Shown here piece by piece: positions 48,934-56,182 of a stretch of 64,000 bases of DNA. The notes beneath the pieces were generated by a model. It did no database searches. It worked only from the letters and a program-made list of their open reading frames with translations, and was not told the DNA's origin. Positions within the stretch are counted from its first letter, which is position 1. Every line of letters begins with the position of its first letter. Origin of the DNA: a virus; the IMG/VR virus record IMGVR_UViG_3300006931_000001, positions 32,001-96,000 of that record. The stretch is one strand, 5' to 3'. A program made the position numbers and the translations under genes.

Positions 48934-51034
48934 GTTGTCTATCGCGATTGAAGACTACAAGAGTGGCCTTGAAAAATTCGTAGCCATGTTTGCGAATAAC
49001 TATGGCTTGAAGCTCGTTTTTCGTGGCGCTAAGGCATACACGAACGGCAAGATCATTGTGGTTCCAGAGTTGAGCATGCTCGAGCGGCCACGCATGAGTA
49101 AGCAAGACGTAAAAGACGCGCTTGATTTTCTCATGTGTACACGTGGCTTCGTGTATCATGAAGGAAGCCACATCATTTACAGTGAATTCGAAACGGTCAA
49201 GGATCGGATCGATAAAGTTGGCGGCAAGAAATACCACCAACTGGCGAATGTGTTGGAGGATGATCGGATCGAGTATCTGGTATCTGGAGTGTACCCAGGC
49301 GCCAAAGAAGTTTTGATCTTTACACGAGATTTTGTGTATGATCAGGCAATCAAAGCCTTTGATGACAAAGCTAATAAAATCTCGAAATATACATATTTGA
49401 TGTATGCGATAGGACTGATCGGTGCACTGTCGTCAACGCGACATGCTCTGTGGTCGCATATACCAAAGGACATAAGAACACTAGCCGAGGAGTTGAGACC
49501 TCTCATCTTGAAGGCCACGCGAGCATCGGCATCAACATCTAAGATGCTCGATATTGCAGAAGAAATTTGGCGACGACTGATCAGTGAAGATGAACAAAAG
49601 GAGACAGAAAAGGAGAATAAAAAAGACAGCAAGAAAAAGAAAAACAAGAAAAATAACAAAAAGAAAAACAAGAAAAATGAACGTAGCAAAGGAGACAAAG
49701 ATGATAGATCTGATGGACAAGATGATGATGGAGAAAATAGTGATGAATCTGGAAATGTTGGTGGAGATGATGACAGTGCTGATGAGAGTGGAGACGACGA
49801 AAACGAAGATAATAGCGATGGAGCTACAAGACAGCGACATGGACAACGAGACGAAGACGAAGACAACGGAGGAGACGAGACTGGAGACAGCGAAGATAAA
49901 AGTGAGAGTGATGAAACGGGTGATAGCGAAACTGAAGACAACAATATTGGAAACGGAGACGGAAATGAAGAAACTCCAGGATGCGATAGTAGCCGAGGAA
50001 AAACTTCGGCGCTAACTGATGACGATGATGTCGATGATCTTATCAACACAGAAGGCGTACTCACGAAGAAAGCGATAGAAAATATCGCGCATCAGTCTAC
50101 GGGTGTATATCGAGTATACACCACGGAATATGATCAAATTCAGCATCTGAATTTACCAGAAAATAAAGATGGCCGTGAATTTGTGGCACGTCTAGACTCA
50201 GAGACGCGAAGTCACTATGGACCTCTGGCTCGTAATTTTGAAAACCTACTCAAGGCGCGTTCGCGTCAACGCTATGTATATGGTTTGAGTGAAGGTGACC
50301 TAGACGAGGCTAGTTTGTATCGTCTGGCGCAAAGCAATTCGGTCAAGAGCGCCGCGTTGCAGAAACAAAGCAGAGCTGTTTTCAAGCAACGCACAGAGGT
50401 GCGCTCTTTGGATGATACCGTGGTTGCCTTGACAGTAGACCGATCCGGTAGCATGTCCCACAGAGGTAGTGGAAGTAACAGCCGCAAGGATAGGCTGGCT
50501 ATGCAGTGCACTGATATCCTAGGTCAAGCATTGCATGCGGTAGGAGTTCCGTTCGAGGTTACAACTTGGACCACGAATAGTGGAATACCTAGCGCTGACA
50601 TCGACCGTACTATTTCTAATCTGTACACAAGATTCTGTGGCTTAGATTTTTTGATCCTCAAGTCTTTTGATGATGACTGGAAGCTTAAGAGATCTAATTT
50701 ACAGTATCTAGCAGCACAGCGCTGCAATGTTGACGGAGAAAGTATTTGGATTGCAGCATCACGACTAATGCAGCGTCGTGAGAAACGTAAAGTCATGTAC
50801 GTCATAAGTGACGGCCAGCCAGCCGGAGAAAACTATGACGTGATCCTAGCATTATATAAGCATCTCAAGGATACTGTGATTCGCATCAGACAGGCTGGTG
50901 TAGAAATTCACGGTGTAGGAGTAGGAGCACCTGAAGTTGAACAATTCTATAGGCCACATTTCATCAATGTGATCTCAGCTTCAGAGCTCTCGACCATGGT
51001 AATTACACATCTCAAGCAAATGTTGCATTTGTGA
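48881..51034 (+). CDS. CobT-like protein: HExxH domain + acidic linker + vWA domain
   Basis: AYTNG, YHEGSH, NVLEDDRIE; VDRSGSM MIDAS, NVDGE, VISDGQP (start may be 48917). Confidence 0.85.
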   Translation: MSKSSKENRDSGMSHGSELSIAIEDYKSGLEKFVAMFANNYGLKLVFRGAKAYTNGKIIVVPELSMLERPRMSKQDVKDALDFLMCTRGFVYHEGSHIIYSEFETVKDRIDKVGGKKYHQLANVLEDDRIEYLVSGVYPGAKEVLIFTRDFVYDQAIKAFDDKANKISKYTYLMYAIGLIGALSSTRHALWSHIPKDIRTLAEELRPLILKATRASASTSKMLDIAEEIWRRLISEDEQKETEKENKKDSKKKKNKKNNKKKNKKNERSKGDKDDRSDGQDDDGENSDESGNVGGDDDSADESGDDENEDNSDGATRQRHGQRDEDEDNGGDETGDSEDKSESDETGDSETEDNNIGNGDGNEETPGCDSSRGKTSALTDDDDVDDLINTEGVLTKKAIENIAHQSTGVYRVYTTEYDQIQHLNLPENKDGREFVARLDSETRSHYGPLARNFENLLKARSRQRYVYGLSEGDLDEASLYRLAQSNSVKSAALQKQSRAVFKQRTEVRSLDDTVVALTVDRSGSMSHRGSGSNSRKDRLAMQCTDILGQALHAVGVPFEVTTWTTNSGIPSADIDRTISNLYTRFCGLDFLILKSFDDDWKLKRSNLQYLAAQRCNVDGESIWIAASRLMQRREKRKVMYVISDGQPAGENYDVILALYKHLKDTVIRIRQAGVEIHGVGVGAPEVEQFYRPHFINVISASELSTMVITHLKQMLHL

Positions 51035-51044
51035 GGAGGTATTT

Positions 51045-52010
51045 GTGAGCAAGAAAACAACGAATCTGAAAAAGAAAGCCGTGCAGTATTACCACGAGCA
51101 CTATGCTCAATATAAACTTCCCGCAAATAAAGTCACTGCATTAAAAGACGTGATATTCGCTGCGCTCAGCAGCGATGGTGATGTAAAGAAGCTGGTTAAT
51201 AAATGGGCAGCGCGCAAAGGTGTGACGCTGTCTTCGTCAGATGTGACACGCACGGAGCCTACGCTTCTCGATAAGAAGAGCCTGAAAGAAGTGCTCACGG
51301 TTTTGAACGACGCGAATGTACCAAACACGACATATGAAAAAAGTGAGAGCAAAGAAGAGCTGGCGCAGCGCGCAACAGCTGCACTTAGCAATTTGCCATC
51401 ACCTAAGTTGATACAGAAGCTCGGATCAATTGACCCTGAAAAACTCAAAATGCTTCAAGGTGATGGAGCGTGTCTCGGTCTGTTTGTGGATCTGAAACAG
51501 CCCGAATGCCAGGTCTGTACAGATAAGACCGCTTGTGTGTCTGCTTATATAACTAACTTGAATGATAATTTGTCTTCATTCAAGGATGCGTTGATAAATC
51601 TGAAGACAGATGTACATGCATCTGAAGTGTCTGGAGAAGACATGAAGAAAATCAAAGAGAAGAGCAAAGAGAAAAAAGTCAAACATGTCAGTAAGCGATT
51701 GGCATATAATGCTGAGACAGCCGTATATGTGATGGACATCGCAAATCCGCTGAAAGCTTCCAAGGAACCGGAAGCTCATGCGGTGATCGCTTCGGTCCTT
51801 AAGCGTGTACCGACGACGTTAGGAGAAATCCGTTCGCTACTTGAAAAGCAACACCAGTTGGTGTATGACTCTGACCGTGAATTTATGGAGGAGATGATCG
51901 AACAGCTGCGTGACTACGGTGTAGTATTGCTATGGACTGACCTCACAAAAACTCAACGTCAACAGTATAAGAAAGATTATAGTTCGGATGATGAGGATGA
52001 TGATGAATAG
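51045..52010 (+). CDS. hypothetical protein with Cys cluster
   Basis: GAGGAGG RBS + GTG; CLG...ECQVC...C. Confidence 0.7.
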   Translation: MSKKTTNLKKKAVQYYHEHYAQYKLPANKVTALKDVIFAALSSDGDVKKLVNKWAARKGVTLSSSDVTRTEPTLLDKKSLKEVLTVLNDANVPNTTYEKSESKEELAQRATAALSNLPSPKLIQKLGSIDPEKLKMLQGDGACLGLFVDLKQPECQVCTDKTACVSAYITNLNDNLSSFKDALINLKTDVHASEVSGEDMKKIKEKSKEKKVKHVSKRLAYNAETAVYVMDIANPLKASKEPEAHAVIASVLKRVPTTLGEIRSLLEKQHQLVYDSDREFMEEMIEQLRDYGVVLLWTDLTKTQRQQYKKDYSSDDEDDDE

Positions 52011-52089
52011 CAGCTAACTATGTGAATGACTAAGAGTAGATTTTATTTTACCGTTTGTGTCTCTGACTTGAAAATCAAAGGAAACTACA

Positions 52090-52557
52090 ATGGCCAAGGT
52101 TCAGATTTCACCAGAACTCGCTCAGATTCTTCTCGCTCTTGCCAAGGATGGACTCAGCAAGGAACAGCTCAAGCTCCTTAAGGCTGCAGCCAAGGCCAAG
52201 GCGTCGTCTGACGACGATGATGACGATGATGACGATGATGATGACGATGATGACGACGATGATGATGATGATGACGATGATGATGACGACGACGATGACG
52301 ATGATGATGACGATGATGATGATGACGACGATGATGACGACGATGATGACGATGATGATGATGATGACGACGATGATGATGACGATGATGATGACGACGA
52401 CGACGAACCGAAGGTGAAGGTTAAGAAGCGTGGACCAGGTCGTCCGCCTGGCAGCGGTAAGAAGGCCGCTGGCAAGCGTGGACCAGGTCGTCCGCCTGGT
52501 TCCGGAAAGAAGCGTGGACCTGGACGTCCGCCAGGCTCCAAGAACAAAAAGAAGTAG
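52090..52557 (+). CDS. HMGA-like protein: 65-Asp tract + three AT-hook-like KRGPGRPPG repeats
   Basis: AAAGGAA RBS; translation read directly. Confidence 0.8.
   Translation: MAKVQISPELAQILLALAKDGLSKEQLKLLKAAAKAKASSDDDDDDDDDDDDDDDDDDDDDDDDDDDDDDDDDDDDDDDDDDDDDDDDDDDDDDDDDDDDDDDDDEPKVKVKKRGPGRPPGSGKKAAGKRGPGRPPGSGKKRGPGRPPGSKNKKK
52210..52404 (+). repeat. (GAY)65 trinucleotide repeat encoding poly-Asp
   Basis: Mixed GAC/GAT codons, uninterrupted. Confidence 0.9.
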
Positions 52558-52656
52558 CCTCACGTAGGCTACGAGCATTCTCCTAAAATCGGAGAGTAGG
52601 TACTTGCGGTGAAGTAATGGCAGATGTGAATAATTTCCTTCTGCCGTTACTTGTTT

Positions 52657-52737
52657 GCGCGAATGGTGGAACGGTAGACACGGCAGACTTAAAATCTGTT
52701 GCCTCACGGCGTACGAGTTCGAGTCTCGTTTCGCGCA
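52657..52737 (+). tRNA. tRNA-Leu(TAA)
   Basis: GCGCGAA/TTCGCGC acceptor stem, GCAGA-CT-TAA-AA-TCTGT anticodon arm, long variable arm, GTTCGAG T-loop. Confidence 0.92.
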
Positions 52738-52744
52738 CGGTTTA

Positions 52745-52816
52745 GGATCTGTAGCTCAATGGTAGAGCGTGCGTCTCATAAACGCTTGGCCGCTGGTTCG
52801 ATCCCAGCCAGATCCA
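52745..52816 (+). tRNA. tRNA with CAT anticodon, most likely Ile2 (lysidine) rather than Met
   Basis: GGATCTG/CAGATCC acceptor stem, CT-CAT-AA loop; anticodon, variable and T arms resemble bacterial Ile2 (from memory). Confidence 0.85.
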
Positions 52817-52836
52817 CGTAAATGTGAAAGGATATT

Positions 52837-53052
52837 ATGTATAATATGTATTTAAGATTCTGTATTTGCATCAGTGCACAACAGCAATATGAATGTGCAC
52901 GCTGTCAGCGAACATTTTGTATGTCATGTGACAGACCATCGGAACGTAAAGAGACTAAAACTGTTGTTCGTTATTGTCCCGACTGGAGATGCCAACGTGA
53001 GAAACAAATTGAAGAAGGTTTGCTCACAGTAACTCCAAAGAAAAAATCATGA
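52837..53052 (+). CDS. small zinc-finger protein
   Basis: CIC...CARC...CMSC...CPDWRC. Confidence 0.6.
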   Translation: MYNMYLRFCICISAQQQYECARCQRTFCMSCDRPSERKETKTVVRYCPDWRCQREKQIEEGLLTVTPKKKS

Positions 53053-53246
53053 ATATCCTGACACTCATTGGAATAATTTACACAGCAGTTGGTTTGGTAC
53101 ACGTTGGTTATTGGCGGTTTCAAGGAATAATCGGTGGTTCAGATATCTGTTCTGATGATGTTATTGACATTGTGTTCGCACTTTGTTTCTGGCCGCTCGC
53201 TGACATAATTCTTCTGTGGTTATTATTAAAAAGGAAGAGTAATTAA
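53049..53246 (+). CDS. small membrane protein
   Basis: Two hydrophobic segments, FWP motif. Confidence 0.6.
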   Translation: MNILTLIGIIYTAVGLVHVGYWRFQGIIGGSDICSDDVIDIVFALCFWPLADIILLWLLLKRKSN

Positions 53247-53249
53247 TCC

Positions 53250-55517
53250 ATGCGTGCTCCTGTAACATTCGTAGACACGCCTAAAAAAGCCCGCACGGCG
53301 ATGGATAGGTGGTACAGAGAAGCGCGAAAGTTGCCAACGGCATCAGATACTGAATTCGAGAGTGATGGCTCGATGACATTGATGTCGCTATCGTGGGATA
53401 GCTACAAGGTTAGAATCGTTGTAGAAGGCTACTTAGTGAAGGATTTTTTTGGTGAGCATCTAACCGATCCTAAAACTAAGTTAGTGTTTCAGAATTATGA
53501 TGCAGATGCACGTACGTTTCGATCAGAACGTATGAACCTCGATGCAGCTTTTCACGCTGATACGCTTGTGCTCGGATGGCTGCATGATGAAACATTGAGG
53601 AACCATGGATTGAAGCCTCAATCCATGCATTTTCTTCACTGGCCTCGGAAAGAATACCAAAATTTATTTGCCTACGTTCCTGTAGGTAAACGCAAGCCTG
53701 TGATCTTGTCTCCTGCAGAATGTATGTACAAGTTGCCGCAAGAGGCTCTCGATGCAGGCGCAGATCAGGAAGTGCTTCGTGAGTTGATGATCAACTACAA
53801 CGGAGATGATAGCGCCAGCACAGTAGCGCTATACTGGAAGCATCGGCGGTACCTGACAGAGATCGGCTACTGGAAAAATTACCTGGAAATTGATCGGCCG
53901 TTCACGTTGACGTTGATGCAGTGCCAGGATCGCGGCGTGCTGATTGACCTGACACGCATCGCGACCATCCGTCGTCTGGTCGGTCAGCGCATCATGCGCA
54001 GCGTACACGCGTTCCGAGCGCTCTCAGGCAAGCCTGACATCAACCTGAACAGCGGTCCGCAGCTTCACAAGCTCCTGATCGAAGAGCTTGAATGGCCGAT
54101 AAAAACCATGGTGGATCCTCGCACTGGAAAAACCGTACTGGATCCGATGGCCATGACCAAAGGTGGTAAGACCTCAAAGCCGCGGCCTAAGCTCGGTGCA
54201 GAATCTTTACATTGGTGGGCAGAAGAACATGGCTTTCCACTTGCACAAATTAAACTAAATTATAATCGCGAGGTCACCAAAGAACGTACCTTCCTGAAAG
54301 GTATCATTCATGGTGTAAGCGATGACGGCCGATTACGTTCACGATTTAATCAGATAGGTGCAGATACTGGCCGCATCAGTAGTCGCAAGCAAGACAAGAA
54401 AATTGTCATTACCTTCACCAACCGTCGCGGTGAAGTAAAGCTCAAAGAAAAGAAGGTTAAGGTCGGTGCTAATCTTCAGAATATTCCATCGCGTAAGGAA
54501 AAAGACCCCGATGGTATTCGTGGTGCTTTTATCGCTCCAAGTGAGCATCGTATCACAGCACGTGGCTTTGTTGCTCGTGAGCTCTTTAACCTGGTAGTAG
54601 CTGACTACTCTGGTTTTGAGCTCTGCATGATGATCTACTGGACATATGCCATTAGAACGAAAAATAAGCGTATGCTCGGTATCATGCAGAAGTACAAAAG
54701 TCCGTCTGCATGTCATGCGTTTACTGCTATTAACATGTACGCTCCATCTACATGTAGAGTAGAAACACCACAGGCAGAAAAAGCCGCTAAGTTAGGTTTC
54801 AAGCTCAAAGCTGGACGTTTAGAGAAACTTGGCGATATTCCAATGGACCATTGGAAATTAGCTAAAATTCTTTTTCCAGATCAATACACGCTAAGTAAGA
54901 ACAATAATTTCAACCTGCTCTATGGTGGTAGCGCGCAGATGATGGCGCGCTTACGTGGTTTGAATTATCGTGACCGCAAAGTGTTGCGAGAGTGTGAGCA
55001 GCAAATGGAAGCGTGGAACGACACGTATCCAGAAGTCGTAGAATATCAACATTACATGGTACAGCATGGTTACGAACATGGTTGGGTACCTACGATTTCT
55101 GGTCGTAGAGCTAATGTTCGTGACTTGCTGGAAGATGAGTCACAGAAAGGTCACGGTGAGCGTAAATGCATGAATACACCGTGCCAAGGCTCAGCGGCTG
55201 ATATTGTCAAAGTAGCAATGAATCTCATCGAAAATGATGAGGAGTTAAATAGCTACACTACTAAGGCAAAAGTCGAGAGTCGTAAATCACGTCAATTTCG
55301 TGATGCGCTCAAAAAAGCTGAGCTCGCGCTAGTGCCAGCTGTATCATTGTTGTTTCCTGTCCACGATGAAATCATCGTGGAAGCTCCTGTAAGGATTATA
55401 GACCCCGTGACTCAACGTGTGGTCTATTGCATGAAACAGCCATTTAAGGAAAAATTACCGTTCGAGCTAGACGTCGAAGCCAAAGCTGCGTTTGATTGGT
55501 TGTCTGCCAAAGGATAA
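53250..55517 (+). CDS. family A DNA polymerase with 3'-5' exonuclease domain
   Basis: SDTE, YNGDD, TGRISS, NLQNIP, ADYSGFE, K...F..LYG, NTPCQGSAAD, VHDE. Confidence 0.92.
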   Translation: MRAPVTFVDTPKKARTAMDRWYREARKLPTASDTEFESDGSMTLMSLSWDSYKVRIVVEGYLVKDFFGEHLTDPKTKLVFQNYDADARTFRSERMNLDAAFHADTLVLGWLHDETLRNHGLKPQSMHFLHWPRKEYQNLFAYVPVGKRKPVILSPAECMYKLPQEALDAGADQEVLRELMINYNGDDSASTVALYWKHRRYLTEIGYWKNYLEIDRPFTLTLMQCQDRGVLIDLTRIATIRRLVGQRIMRSVHAFRALSGKPDINLNSGPQLHKLLIEELEWPIKTMVDPRTGKTVLDPMAMTKGGKTSKPRPKLGAESLHWWAEEHGFPLAQIKLNYNREVTKERTFLKGIIHGVSDDGRLRSRFNQIGADTGRISSRKQDKKIVITFTNRRGEVKLKEKKVKVGANLQNIPSRKEKDPDGIRGAFIAPSEHRITARGFVARELFNLVVADYSGFELCMMIYWTYAIRTKNKRMLGIMQKYKSPSACHAFTAINMYAPSTCRVETPQAEKAAKLGFKLKAGRLEKLGDIPMDHWKLAKILFPDQYTLSKNNNFNLLYGGSAQMMARLRGLNYRDRKVLRECEQQMEAWNDTYPEVVEYQHYMVQHGYEHGWVPTISGRRANVRDLLEDESQKGHGERKCMNTPCQGSAADIVKVAMNLIENDEELNSYTTKAKVESRKSRQFRDALKKAELALVPAVSLLFPVHDEIIVEAPVRIIDPVTQRVVYCMKQPFKEKLPFELDVEAKAAFDWLSAKG

Positions 55518-55521
55518 AATC

Positions 55522-55869
55522 ATGTACATTTGCGATTTTTGTAGTGTTTGTCAAAATCCTCGTACGACTGCAATTAAGGTGGTTACTCAAGTAAGGACAT
55601 ATGATTTGAAGGATCGTTTGGGTTATGATATTACACAAGAGATTAATGCGTGTTTTCAGTGCGCTGTGCGTGCATCGCAACTCAGGCCAGAAGCTGTTAA
55701 GGCACGTAGTACGATTATGCTGAATACTTTGCGTATGCAGTTGGTGAGCCTCGGCCTGTCACAACCGGATCCTGATATTCTGCCAGATTGGCAGGTGGAA
55801 TTAGCCTTGCGAGATATGTTGCGTAAGCCAAATCCACAGCCGATGCCGCTTGCTCAGTTGTTTGCTTAA
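55522..55869 (+). CDS. hypothetical Zn-ribbon protein
   Basis: AAGGA RBS; CDFC...CFQC. Confidence 0.6.
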   Translation: MYICDFCSVCQNPRTTAIKVVTQVRTYDLKDRLGYDITQEINACFQCAVRASQLRPEAVKARSTIMLNTLRMQLVSLGLSQPDPDILPDWQVELALRDMLRKPNPQPMPLAQLFA

Positions 55870-55885
55870 TTTACGAATAAGGATA

Positions 55886-56167
55886 ATGATTATGGATGAT
55901 ATCAATGACAACAAGCACGAGAGTAGAGCCGTGAGTGACAAGCGAGTTGATTATGTACCACGTGGATTTCATGACATATATTATTGTCATGTAGTTAATG
56001 AGCCCGAAATTCTCTAATATCGTGATAATTTGCCTATATGTCTTCACTGTGGTGAAAATCCCGTCGAGAGTGAACACAAGGACGGACTTCACACATTCAT
56101 ATGCCATATCCATAAAACACCAAATTATGGACCATGGATTATAGACGACGTTGCCAAAAATAGTTGA
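55886..56167 (+). pseudogene. approx. 93-codon ORF interrupted by one in-frame TAA (56015-56017)
   Basis: AAGGA RBS; MIMDDIN...YCHVVNEPEIL*YRDNLPICLHCGEN...KNS*. Confidence 0.5.
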
Positions 56168-56182
56168 AGAAAGAAAAAGATC

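Noticed and set aside
47199-51034. Cobalamin biosynthesis (cobS/cobT) as an auxiliary metabolic function
   Set aside because: No cobN or other cob genes; the similarity reflects the generic MoxR AAA+/vWA pair.
52108-52707. Long poly-Ser, poly-Ile/Val and poly-Met/Thr ORFs in other frames (also at 49342-50064 and 59813-60258)
   Set aside because: Shadow frames of GAY-rich acidic tracts, which lack stop codons; no RBS and opposite to or overlapping real genes.
53250-55517. Intein or intron in the DNA polymerase (also checked helicases and RecA)
   Set aside because: ORFs are continuous and of normal size; the insertions lack C/S...HN splice junctions and homing-endonuclease motifs.
55886-56167. 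Alternative genetic code (stop-codon reassignment)
   Set aside because: Only one interrupted frame; TAA, TAG and TGA all end genes normally and long genes are intact under code 11.
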